From positions 124,001 to 188,000 of the forward strand of contig NIVC01001548.1 in assembly GCA_002269645.1 (NCBI GenBank): 64,000 bases of DNA, in the 5' to 3' direction. Origin of the DNA: Macrostomum lignano. Lineage: Eukaryota. The position numbers and the translations under genes are program-made. A model generated the notes under the pieces. That model saw nothing but the letters and a program-made list of their open reading frames with translations. It was not told the DNA's origin and searched no databases. Numbering within the stretch: the stretch's first letter is position 1; each line of letters starts with the position of its first letter. This document shows, one piece after another, positions 13,053 to 24,794 of this stretch.

Positions 13053-14324
13053 TAAATAACCTTAAATGCCCCCTAGGAATATTTAAAAACAGGTCTACTC
13101 GACTCAAAAGACCCAGCTGGCTTCTCTTTGTTGATGAAAAGTAAAAAAAATTGCACAAACACACAACAGAGGCTGAGTCAGACTGAAAGCATCAGGAAAA
13201 CCTCTTCAGGCCTCCACGCTCCAAGGACTCCTCTGTCAACCCTTATCCCTCTCTGCCGGGACCTGACCTGACACGCCGCAGCCCGGCTGATGCTCAGCAG
13301 AGAGTGACTAGCGCATTCAGGGGGCTCAGCTTGAGCAGGCAAGCTCAGCGGATATTGGAGATGGAGAGAGGGGGGGGGGGCACGGCTACTCGCGCGTCTC
13401 TTCAAGCTGAGGCAAGGAAAATCAGAGCCCAACACGCGGACGGACAGCCAACAATAGCAGTCGCCCCGCTCCTGCTTGCTTATAGGGTTTTATTATTCGG
13501 AGACTAAAAGGCTAGCAACAAAGAGCCAATCGCGCGTGAGACAAAGACTAATGATAGCTCGCAATGCTGTGGAGACAAGCATACTCAGGGATGCCGCCCA
13601 GCAGGCCGCAGCAGGCTGACCTACTCGAGCAAAATTGCTCGAAGCGACAGGACAGGAGAAAACAGGACTGAGACTAGAGCTGCGCAAGCATAGACTAGAA
13701 CTGGCACTAACAGGACTGAGACTAGAGATGCGCAAGCATAGACTAGAACTGGCACTAAACAAAAGCCCTAAGCCTGTGCAGTAGACAAAAATTTGAAAAT
13801 AGCATCAACAGCACAAAGACCAACTCGTTTTAAACTTTTATCAACAAAGAAAACAATTTTCTCACTAGAGCAGCAATTTATTCAGATCAAACTGAAAGCA
13901 TCTCGCACCTGTCGTTGTTTGCACGCACTAAAAGTTGGATTGGGTCGGTACAGATAAACAAAACCAAAAACAGATCGCCGCCACACTAATAATAGAAAAT
14001 GACAATAAGACGAAACAGATGCCATCAGATTTGGTTGCTACTACTAATGGCTGAATCGTGTAACACTACTGAAAGTAGAATGCGCAGGAAATTTGATTAA
14101 CAAACGAATTATTCACTACAGTGGGTAGGGAGGAGACAAACTCTTTTTACAGCTAAGTGGGCGCTCTTAAAATAGCAACTCACTTTGGTGGCTTTGGTGG
14201 CCTGTCAACGCAATATTAACGGACTGCCAATGATATAATTCAACTATTACACAAACTGTGGAATCTCTGAATGCAGTTCATTACTTACCCATGCAATGAA
14301 CATACATAACGATCTATGAGCTAG

Positions 14325-14795
14325 ATTAGCAATCCATTCCATCCCCATCCTTCACTCATGGGCTAGATTAGCAATCCATTCCATCCCCATCCTGCACTCA
14401 TGGGCTAGATTAGCAATCCACTCTATTCCCATCCTGCACACATGGGCTAGATTAGCAATCCATTGCATTCCCCTCCTGCACACATGGGCTAGATTAGCAA
14501 TCCATTCTACTCCCATCCTGCACACATGGGCTAGATTAGCAATCCATTCTATCCCCATCCTGCACACATGGGCTAGATTAGCAATCTATTCTATTCTTAT
14601 CCTGCACACATGGGCTAGATTAGCAATCTATTCTATTCTTATCCTGCACACATGGGCTAGATTAGCAATCCATTCTATTCCCATCCTGCAGACATGGGCT
14701 AGATTAGCAATCCATTCTATTCCCCTCCTGCTCACATGGGATATGTCGGCAATCTAAAGGGGGCCCAAACTAATTGGATAGATTAGCAATCCATT
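14325..14795. repeat. 42-bp minisatellite immediately downstream of the PUS1 stop codon
   Basis: Unit GGGCTAGATTAGCAATCCATTCTATTCCCATCCTGCACACAT, ~10 copies. Confidence 0.95.
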
Positions 14796-14813
14796 CTACA
14801 CCCACCGGAAGCA

Positions 14814-17800
14814 CTAGTCCAGAGCCTCCCCAGCCGCAGAGTCCAGGTGGTTCTGAGCCAGCCAGTCCAGCCAGCTCAGCATGGAGCCCTCGGCGCAGGC
14901 CTCGCCAGCGTAAATCTCGGGCAGGAGGCGCTGCTCCAGGAACTCCTGGCGCTGCCGGTGGAACCTGGCCCAGTCCAGGGTCGGGTAGCCCAGCTTAGCC
15001 GCGTACTCCCGGTTGTAAATCGCGTAGTTGAGGTCGCACAGCAGGAGGCCGAGGCCGGGCGCGCGCGGCACATTGAGTCGGCGCTTGGCGGAGAACGCGG
15101 CGTCAAAGGCGCTGGGTTCGTATTGGCCTCTGCAATAGGGCGATGCTGCTTTTAGACTCGGGGGAATGCCCAATTATTCTAAGATAATACTAATTATAAT
15201 AATTACTAATTAGATGACGAGGCATTTAGCCTTAATAAGAGAGTCCTGTTGCTCGTGCCGTTTACCCAAAATTGCGTTAATTTTGCTTCAGGGTTTCTTT
15301 CACAGGTGTAGCATTTTTGGTCAAAAAGTAAGTTGCATGGCCAGTGTAAATCAGGGGGGTTGGGCATGTACGACTCCCAAGACTATTCCTAAGTCTTCTA
15401 ATGCTTCCCGAATATTTTATAAATTTCCCACTAGCTTATGGGGATCGGAGATATTAAGATACTGTTGCGCCTTAATTTTTTCTTTAAAAAACGCTTTAAT
15501 AAAGATCAGCACCAATACGGGCCTACTTATGAGTAGTCAGACACGAACGCAATCAGATAGAAACAAACCTGACTACAGCGATGCAAAGGCCGATCATTTT
15601 TCGAATTTGATGCCGCATGAAACTTTGTCCGACAATGCGAATCTCAACGAATTCCAGGCCGTTATACAGAAATGGCTCATCGGCCCAGGAATTCACAATG
15701 TACCTGTTGAATTTGCAAGTGCAGCAGGAGACTTTTTATACGCGTTTCTTTGCTTACAGGGGAATTTCTTACATACTGTAGAGGAGAATAAGAGGCCTAA
15801 CACTGGCTGCTCTAGATCAGCCAGGCATTCCAGGTGTGTCAGTGAGGCATTATAGATGTCAGTGGGGCATTCTAGATGTCAGTGGGGTATTCTAGATGTC
15901 AGTGGGGGATTCTAGATGTCAGTGGGGTATTCTAGATGTCAATGGGGCATTCTAGATGTCAGTGGGGCATTCTAGATGTTAGTGGGGCATTCTAGGTGTC
16001 AGTGGGGCATTCTAGATGTCAGTGGGGCATTCTAGATGTTAGTGGGGCATTCTAGGTGTCAGTGGGGCATTCTAGATGTCAGTGGGGCATTCTAGATGTC
16101 AGTGGGGCATTCTAGATGTTAGTGGGGCATTCTAGGTGTCAGTGGGGCATTCTAGATGTCAGTGGGGCATTCTAGATGTTAGTGGGGCATTCTAGGTGTC
16201 AGTGGGGCATTCTAGATGTCAGTGGGGCATTCTAGATGTCAGTGGGGAATTTCAGATGTCAGGGGTGTATTTCAGATGCCAGTGGGGCATTTCAGATGTC
16301 AGTGGGGCATTCTAGATGTCAGTGAAACATTCTAGATGTCAGTGAAATATTCTAGATGTCAGTGAAATATTCTAGATGTCAGTGAAATATTCTAGATGTC
16401 AGTGGGGATTCTAGATGTCAGTGTGGCATTCTAGATGTCAGTGGGGTATTCTAGATGTCAATGGGGCATTCTAGATGTCAGTGTGGCATTCTAGATGTCA
16501 GTGTGGCATTCTAGATGTGTCAGTGGGGGCATTCTAGATGTCAGTGAAACACTCTAGATGTCAGTGAAACACTCTAGATGTCAGTGAAACATTCTAGATG
16601 TCAGTGAAACACTCATTTCAGTGAAACATTCTAGATGTCAGTGAAACATTCTAGATGTCAGTGAAACATTCTAGATGTCAGTGAAACACTCTAGATGTCA
16701 GTGAAACATACTAGATGTCAGTGGGGAATTTCAGATGTCAGGGGTGTATTTCAGATGCCAGTGGGGCATTTCAGATGTCAGTGGGGCATTCTAGATGTCA
16801 GTGAAACATTCTAGATGTCAGTGAAATATTCTAGATGTCAGTGAAATATTCTAGATGTCAGTGGGGATTCTAGATGTCAGTGTGGCATTCTAGATGTCAG
16901 TGGGGTATTCTAGATGTCAATGGGGCATTCTAGATGTCAGTGTGGCATTCTAGATGTCAGTGTGGCATTCTAGATCTGTCAGTGGGGGCATTCTAGATGT
17001 CAGTGAAACACTCTAGATGTCAGTGAAACATTCTAGATGTCAGTGAAACACTCATTTCAGTGAAACATTCTAGATGTCAGTGAAACACTCTAGATGTCAG
17101 TGAAACATTCTAGATGTAAGTAGGGCATTCCAGATGTCGGTGGGGCATTTCAGATGTCAGTGGGGCATTCTAGATTAGGGTGACCTTAGTGAGATATTCT
17201 AGAGGCGTACCCCATGACCTCAAAGACGCAAAGAAGCATGGCGCAACGCAAAGCTTATTAAATAGTCTTTAAAGATCACCTGGCACAGGAGGGGTCATCG
17301 AGCAGGCGGCCGCACGTGAAGTTGAAGTAGTTCCTTGTGCCAGGAAACCGGGACAGGCAGTAGCGGAGGTGGCGCAGTCGGTCAGGCTCGATGCGGTAGG
17401 CGTAGGCGGAGGGCAGCGGGTCCGGGCAGAGGGCGAAGGTCGGGCAGTAGTACGCGTAGGTTCGGTTGAGCACTCGGTAGCGACTATTGAAGCCCTTGGT
17501 GACGCGGACAGCATCAAGCACGCGGAAGCTGTCGGGAAGGCGGCTGTTCAGGTCTCTGACGAGGGCACCGGGGTCGGCCAGGTCATGGTGAAGGGTCACC
17601 AGCTGCATTTAAACAGTACAATGGGAACATAAAAATCATTATTTTCTTCTTTTAGTGACTTTCCTACTTGGGGATTTACAGAGTGGCTCTCCTACCTGAG
17701 GATTTACAGAGTGACTCTCCTACCGGAGGATTTACAGAGTGGCTCTCCTACCGGAGGATTTACAGAGTGACTCTCCTACCGGAGGATTTACAGAGTGACT

Positions 17801-18535
17801 CTCCTACCTGAGGATTTACAGAGTGACATTCCTACCTGAGGATTTACAGAGTGACTCTCCTACCTGAGGATTTACAGAGTGACTCTCCTACCTGAGGATT
17901 AACAGAGTGACATTCCTACCTGAGGATTTACAGAGTGACTCTCCTACCTGAGGATTTACAGAGTGACTCTCCTACCTGAGGATTTACCGAGTGACTCTCC
18001 TACCTGAGGATTTACAGAGTGACTCTCCTACCTGAGGATTTACAGAGTGACTCTCCTACCGGAGGATTAACAGAGTGACATTCCTACCTGAGGATTTACA
18101 GAGTGACTTTCCTACCTGAGGATTTACATAGCAAATGCCCCACCAGGAACTTCAGAGCACCTTTGTACATCATCAGGGAGTAACAGAAAGTCTAAAAAGA
18201 ATCGGCATGCGCACCTGAGCAAGAGCGGACACGCCGCTGTCAGTTCTGGACGCCGTGACGAAGCCGAGCTGCTGGCGCGGCTGGGCGAACTGCCCGGCGT
18301 TGATGTGGCCGCCAGCCAGCAGGCAGTCCAGCAGGGCGCCTTCGACAGTCGGCCGGTCGGGTTGGCGCTGCATGCCGGCGTAGCCGGAGCCGGAGTACAT
18401 CATCATCAGGGCGGCTCGGCACGGGCGCGCGGGTCGGGGAGGCGAGGCCGCCCGACTTGGCCGGGGCGAGCGGCGGCCCAGCGGCCGAAGCCGGGACAGA
18501 ACGAAGTCGCCAAGCCAGCGGAGCAGACTGGCCAT
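14814..18535 (-). CDS. PUS1: tRNA pseudouridine synthase A (TruA/PUS1 family); complement(join(14814..15129,15569..15703,17280..17602,18215..18535)), 364 aa
   Basis: Motifs YSGSGYAGMQ, catalytic-Asp motif SRTDSGVSA, RTYAYY, GTRNYFNFT, GQSFMRHQIRKMIG (a 135-nt exon missed by the ORF track) and VPRAPGLGLLL. All introns are GT-AG with consistent phases (0,2,2). Confidence 0.92.
15830..17180. repeat. 20-bp minisatellite (TCTAGATGTCAGTGGGGCAT)n in PUS1 intron 2, with a ~480-bp higher-order duplication
   Basis: Unit visible directly. The variant block beginning GGGGAATTTCAGATGTCAGGGGTGTATTTC occurs at ~16244 and again at ~16723. Confidence 0.95.
17670..18130. repeat. 28-bp minisatellite in PUS1 intron 1
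   Basis: Unit GAGGATTTACAGAGTGACTCTCCTACCT, ~16 copies. Confidence 0.95.
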
Positions 18536-18704
18536 CGGGGAGGGGGGCAGCTACGGCCGGGCGAAACACCAGCAAAGCAATTTGGTTTGCAGAGTTAAGA
18601 AGCTAGCAACGGAGCAAATGACAAGCGCGGCTAATTAGAGTCGAAGAAGCATATACAAGAAAAAGCATGAGAAAGAAGACTGTCTGCGAAACAGGAGGGG
18701 AACT

Positions 18705-18965
18705 CTAACGCAGCCCGGCCTGGCGCTCGATCGCAGTTTTCTCCTGCATTGCCGCTTCGAGTTCGCGTTTCTGAGTTTCAATCTCGGGCCGGCGCTTGCT
18801 CTGGTACTGGAAGACGCCCGAGGCCAGGTTGAACAGCAGCAGGCCGCTGTAGGCGCAGCAGGTGGCGGCGAAGCCGAACACAGCGTAATTGAGCACCCGC
18901 TTGAGTCTCTTGGGCCTGTATGCCTGTTTGCCCACCTGTTGCAACAGGGAGCCGCTCAGCCGCAT
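18705..18965 (-). CDS. Small single-pass membrane protein (86 aa), possibly COX14-like mitochondrial assembly factor
   Basis: GC-rich intronless ORF with exon-like codon usage. It has a basic N-terminus, one hydrophobic segment (YAVFGFAATCCAYSGLLLFNLASGVF) and a charged helical tail. Acceptor TTCAG lies 11 nt before the ATG at 18965. The family assignment is a weak resemblance only. Confidence 0.65.
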   Translation of the reverse strand: MRLSGSLLQQVGKQAYRPKRLKRVLNYAVFGFAATCCAYSGLLLFNLASGVFQYQSKRRPEIETQKRELEAAMQEKTAIERQAGLR

Positions 18966-19275
18966 TGCGAGTGGCACTGAAGTCGGGTCAGTTCGGGTCA
19001 GAATTGTAGAGGTCTTTCGTACAGTTTTTCATAAACTATTTCACATGGAACAAATACAATGATAAATTTTTGGCAATGAAACTATAGTTATCACTAGGTG
19101 GGAACTATCAGTATACTAGCAGTAAGAGTTCAGACATTCAAAACCACTTTTCCAACTATTTACCATCTAAGAAAATCACTAGGCTCTTTTGCCTACCTGC
19201 TAGAATTCAAAAAGCTCAAAGTTAAACTATCAAGATGGCTCTAGATGTTGTATTTTGATATGTTTTATATTTAGT

Positions 19276-19396
19276 TGCTATTGGCTGAGAGTTGTGACGT
19301 GACTACTATTCTGTCCAATAGCAACTTACATGTGTGTGTGTGTTGCCAATAGAAATGGCTGGGTGAATCCCTAGGTTATGCCCTAGGATGAGCATG
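19276..19396. mobile_element. Partial, CpG-decayed copy of the palindromic MITE also at 33863 and 35533
   Basis: GCTATTGGCTGAGAG..GTGACGTGACTACTATTCTGTCCAATAGC..ACATGTGTGTG..TTGCCAATAGAA..GGGTGAATCCC aligns to 35597-35690. Confidence 0.85.
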
Positions 19397-21899
19397 ATAC
19401 TCTCGCTTTAAGACTTTCCTGTCTTATTCCTAGGCATACATGTATCTCAGCATACTCATATGAAACTATGCAACATATTCTGACTATGAAAAATATATAT
19501 TGAGACAGGGATTCTATAAATGAATACTCTTCTTGGCATTTCTACTGGCTTGAAAAGATCAATAAATTGAATGCAGAAAGAATGAATGCAGAACATTTTT
19601 TCTTTAACCTAATAATCCATGAATTGCAACCCCATATTTATCTATCTCAAGCTATTCAATAATAGATTAGCTCTCATTTTAGGTGACTAATCCTAGCCAT
19701 GGCCATCATAGTATGTGGCAATCTTGGTCCTATATAAAGATAAAATAATTAGACATTATTTTATGCTGCAATCCCTGATCTTACTTAGTTTTGTTATATT
19801 ATCCCATTAAAAATGAATGAAAAAAGGAACATATAGAAGTAGTACCAAAAGATGCTATATAGTAATTTTATTTAAATTTACATTTTCAAATTCATTATAA
19901 ACAACATATCAAACAAAAATGAAACTTAATGCAAGCATAACCAAGAACAAAGTCTTTATATGTTCACATATATTCATTTTTGTTCTGCAATCATTTGAAT
20001 TTGGAGATTATATGAAGGTGATTATATAAGACAAAAGTGAGACTTCTTTTTTGTCTTACAATCATAATCATATCATATCAATAGTTAATTTCCATGAGAG
20101 GATCATTGCACAAAAGTAAATATTATTTTGTATTAATTTGATTACAATGAAATTAACATTAAAGATGACTTCTATATAATATATATTGTATATAGGCCTA
20201 GTCAAAATAAAATGTGGACTCTTATATACACAGTATATATATACATATATGTATATCAATTAATGCAAATGACATGCAATACAACTGATATACTATAGGC
20301 TACTGCAATATCATAATAAACATACATATATAAATATATATAAATAGTATATATAGGCCTATGACCTAGCTCTAAGCAAAATTTTAAGTGTTAGAAGATA
20401 TGTCTAAAATATATTGGCAAAAGTTAACTATTATGATACTTTTTGGCATTTTAAGTGTTGTAAAAAAGTTTTGTAAGATATGTTGGAAAAGTGTCAACAA
20501 AAGTTAACTATTATAACATTTTTTCTAACACTTTTTGTAACATTTTAAATGTTTTAAAAATGTTAGAAGATGCGTCTAAAAATATGTTGGCAAAATTTAT
20601 ATAGTATAGGTTTGTCAATGTCATATAATTGTTCTATTTAAATGATCATAAAACAAAATATAAATAGGCCTCCCTATATAGGCTTTATATCTAAAGATAT
20701 AAGTCAAATAATATATATGCCTTCTTCAACTCTGAATTGATTATAACAAGCCTTAGCCACTTTTATTATGGATTATATAACAAAAGCTCCAAATCTTATA
20801 TGGACAATAGTAGGGGTTGCAAAATAAAAGAATGCCTTTAGTCTATAAAAGCCTATAGTTTATTATAACTTTATAATATAAACCTGGCTTTGGCCCTGGA
20901 CCTGGTAGTAAAAGCTAAATAAGCATATTTAAAAGTTTTTATGATAAAATAAATACTCAAATAGTTTTTTTCTTTTTAGTTTATATTTGCTTTTTATTCT
21001 ATATTGTAAAATTATTAATTTGCAGAAAACCTACAAAAACCATTCAATCATTGGCCAGGCCAGTCACAAGACCATTATTGACATCTTTACCTTGAAAAAC
21101 ACAGACACTAAGTCTAAGTGAAGATGTGAGGTAGGGATAGGACAATATTTTGGCAAAGAATCAAAGATATACTTGATCCCCTTTATTTTTCCAAGTCCTT
21201 GCTAAAGTCAAAGGAAGTGGTGCCCTTGGCCCCCAAAAGTATAGCATAGTAATATAGACCACTTGGCTTGGTATAAAGAAAAGAACCTCTACAACAACAA
21301 TAATTAATGATAAAAAATCTTTAAGTTCTACTGCTCTTATATTTCATTTGTATCAATAGACAATAGGGACTACACATCGAAATTCCTGCAAATGACAACA
21401 TATTCCTACATTTTTCTTTAAAATATGCATCAAACACATAGGCCTAACACGCTATCGGTAGCCTATCCAATCGAACATAGATTAGGTAAGGTAAGATATT
21501 TGTCTACGGCTACGGCAAAACTAAAGTAATATGGATGGATCTATATCCTCGAGGTCCAGATTATCGTCGAGGCTGCATGGACCCATCCGCGGACCCTGGT
21601 TTGATCCAGTTAATTAGTGACAATATTAAGAACAACAGTTAAGATGTAGTAAAAAGGTTATTTAAAAACCTAGATTCATTATATGTGGTTGACTAATTAT
21701 TATTTATAAGTATTCGAGTAAAAAAGTCTTTCTAATTTGTTTTATTGAGGATTTTACCGAATTTTTAAGCAAAGTCCTCGACAGAATGTACTCATACTCA
21801 GCTATATTCTCTGAAAAATATACTGTATGCGGGAGCGGCAACACTGCTTGCCAAAAGTTTGTTGTTAGAACGGGAAGTGTAATCCCGTCTCATGAGTAG

Positions 21900-22995
21900 A
21901 ATGCAAGTTTCGTTCGGGGGTACTGCACTTTCTCGCTGCCAACATCGGAGCTCGCACGTCCTCCAACCGGACAGCAGCGAGGCCTTGGCGGCAGGGGCGT
22001 CGCCAATGGGGGGGACAGGGGGGACATGTCCCCCGAGTAAAAGATATGGGGGGGACGCCAATGCTTTTTGTCCCCCACCCCCACCTTGTGACTCGTTATG
22101 GAAATCAATAATTTTGCTGCAGGTCGACAAACAAGTGCCTGCGGCGCTAAAATGAGTGCCTGCGGCGCTATAATGAGTGCCTGCGGCGCTAAAATGAGTG
22201 CCTGCGGCGCTAAAATGAGTGCCTGCGGCGCTATAATGAGTGCCTGCGGCGCTATAATGAGTGCTGACAACACCGATTCTGAAAGATATAGCCCCCCCCC
22301 ACGATAAAATCCATGGCGATGCCCCTGCTTGGCGGGTTGATTCGGCTTGCTGCATCGGTTGCAGGTCTGGCCTACCGCTTCACTGCAGCTGCGTTAGCAG
22401 AAGCTGCTGTAGCTGTGATCTCTGCGGCTGATCTGGCGGCGGTTGGGCCTACACGGTCGCAGCGCTGGTCTCCATGAAGCTGCAGCCTGCGCCTCAGCTG
22501 CCTCCATTGCCCTGGCCACCCGAACCGCCTGGCCCAGGTCCACGTTGTCCATTCCCAGCAGCCTCCTGCGGAGCTGCTCGGACGATCGCTGCAGCCGGCA
22601 ATCAGCTGGTCTCTTATCAGCGAATCCCGGAGGCCTTCGAATTTGCAGCAGTCCGCGGTATCGTTGAGCCGCCGCAGCCAATCGTGCAGGGACTCTCCTG
22701 TCTGCTGGATGCAGAGTGAAGGACGGGTTGAATTGGTTGATGAAGTGCTCATTGAGAGTTCTTATCGAGCTTGTCGACGTCATCACCAGTGTCGGCAAAT
22801 CCGACTGCATGGCCTGTAGGTTCTCGCCTGCTGTGTAAAGGATGAGTTGGCGCAGTCGCTTCTGGTCAGAGTTATCAGCGGCCGCGGGAAACAGCTGGAA
22901 CTGATCCAACATTTGCTCCACTTTGTATGTGCCGCATGGGGCTCCTCGCGCAAGTTCAATGTCGGGAGGGTGGGTAGGCCTGCTTGCAATGCCAC
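21900..22995 (-). pseudogene. Frameshifted Ty3/Gypsy-type gag remnant
   Basis: Fragments across frames: LPTLNL...KWSK, RQLILYTAG, QQTGESLHDWLRRLNDTADCCKFEGLRDSLIRDQLIAGCSD, LRRRLLGMDNVDLGQAVRVARAMEAA and a zinc-knuckle remnant CNRCSKPN. These match the Q..GES...Y...L..LA..C.F.....IRD....G gag pattern. No pol is visible. Confidence 0.75.
21992..22327. mobile_element. hAT-type MITE inserted into the gag remnant
   Basis: TIRs CAGGGGCGTCGCCA / TGGCGATGCCCCTG. There is an exact 8-bp TSD CTTGGCGG on both sides (21984-21991 and 22328-22335). An internal 21-bp repeat x6 lies at 22134-22262. Confidence 0.9.
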
Positions 22996-23163
22996 TGTAG
23001 TGCGCTCGTGTAGGTGTAGAATCCGGCCTCTCATGACCGTATGCTTGAGCATATAAATGTATATACGAATTTGGTACAGTGAGCGCAGCGTGCCACTGTT
23101 GTGTAGCAGTGGAAAGCCGAAAACGCGATGCCAGGGCACGTGGGAGAAGGCAATGACGAGAGC

Positions 23164-23166
<3 letters not shown>

Positions 23167-23205
<39 letters not shown>
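23167..23205. repeat. (AG)n microsatellite
   Basis: About 19 AG units. Confidence 0.95.
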
Positions 23206-23207
<2 letters not shown>

Positions 23208-23428
23208 AAACACTCCAATACAGTCATGATACAAGCATGAACGGGATAATTAATAATAAGGTACATGGAGGAACGAGAAACAATTTCTTTAAATGGGACT
23301 ACGCTACTCGAGCTCATGGTATTTTACGTTAATTTGCTTTAGCTTCACAGATATCGATTATGCTAATCGCAATCGCGGAGCAGTCTGAAGAATTTTTTTC
23401 CTTAGGGGACCAGATGCATCAGGATTAA

Positions 23429-23999
23429 CAGTAGAACTACCAAGGGGGGGGGGAAATGAACGGCGTCGGGATGATGACGGAATGCTTTAGAGACTAGCTG
23501 AGAATGTCTGGCGGTTGATTCTTGCCCACTGTCGAGGCTTGATCGGCGAAACTAGAGAAATCCGCATCAGGGTGTCCATAGTCACCTGGTGCCACAGCTG
23601 TTGAGGGTCCAGAAGCTCCACCTGGGTGAAGGCTAGTGACCAACGAAGTCAGAGCTGATGCAGACACATGTGGTCGACGTTCTGGTGAAATTTGGAGACT
23701 TGGCAAGGCTGCACTGAGGCGCAGTGCTAATTGGCGCACAGGGGTGTACTGAATACACTAGCGCTTATGGGAAAAATCCGACCTTCTGGCAGAATCGTCG
23801 AATATCTCGACGGTCCGGAGGGCTGGCGACTTGATTCTTGTTTGAGAAGGTGCGCAACAAAAAGTTAGCCCGTGTTCTTGAATTTCGTGTGCCTGCGTTG
23901 CTCCGTTCCGGCGCAGCAAAAAAAATTGTCAGGGGGGGGGAAATTTCCCCCCCCCCTTGGTAGTTCGACGGGCGGAAAAATGGCTTGGTATTCCTACTG
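23429..23999. mobile_element. Non-autonomous DNA transposon (TTAA/TA-flanked); second copy at ~58870-59212
   Basis: TTAA|CAGTAGAACTACCAAGGGGGG ... CCCCCCTTGGTAGTTC...CCTACTG|TTAA. About 330 bp of the interior (AGGGTGTCCATAGTCACCTGGTGCCAC...GAGAAGGTGCGCAA) recurs at 58899-59212. Confidence 0.8.
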
Positions 24000-24794
24000 T
24001 TAAAGTTCTTCGGGACAGCGCAGGATTGGGAGTTGGCAGCGGAAGGATATAAAATTTGAGGAAGGAGTGAATATCCTTCAATCATGTGTTTTAACCATTG
24101 TTGCAGCTTCTATTTGAACAAAACTGTGCTTTAGCTAATAGTGGTTACGTTTGGACATGCATGACGTAGTTTTTGTAACATATTTATTGCAACATTTTCT
24201 CTACTAAAAGCAAATTAACAGGCGGAATTTTATTTCATGATCACCAAGATTGCTGCGCCTGGCATTCGCTTGGCACCACAGGTAATTCTGCAGCTGTCCT
24301 ATAGAAACTCCTAAGCAGTCATAAAAAAGTAAGAAAGGGATCCTTTCTTTTCATTTTGGTCATTGATGGCTCATTTCGATTTTTTTCGCAACTAAGTCGG
24401 GGCCCCGGGGGGGAGGCAAAGCATTTGGCATGTGCTCTGGACAGTATTCGAACGCATAAAATATACCTATTTAGCTTTTACGTTAGAGACACTTACATTA
24501 CAATCGTTTTTACATGTCTTATTCAAGCCACTTTGGTGGGCAGAATGACAATATTTATAAAATATATTGAAAGCAGTTATTATGCACTGAACAGGAACTT
24601 CTACGATACATAATAAAAACATACCAGAAATCACAAAACTTTTAAACGGACGAAAGGGCTTTGATGCGAATGCTTTAATGCTTTGGGGATATGAACAAAA
24701 TGATCAGTGCAATTTGATTTTGGAACGCAGCAGTTACTATGATCAATAACGACTAATGAACAGGCTGCCGACTCTGCACACAAGTTCAATACAA

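Noticed and set aside
15830-17180. Regular short repeats superficially resembling a CRISPR array
   Set aside because: Units are head-to-tail with no unique spacers, the context is eukaryotic intron, and there are no cas genes.
19400-21400. AT-rich island as a mitochondrial insertion (NUMT) or bacterial contaminant
   Set aside because: It has no ORFs or rRNA/tRNA motifs of mitochondrial type, and it contains a decayed copy of a nuclear MITE.
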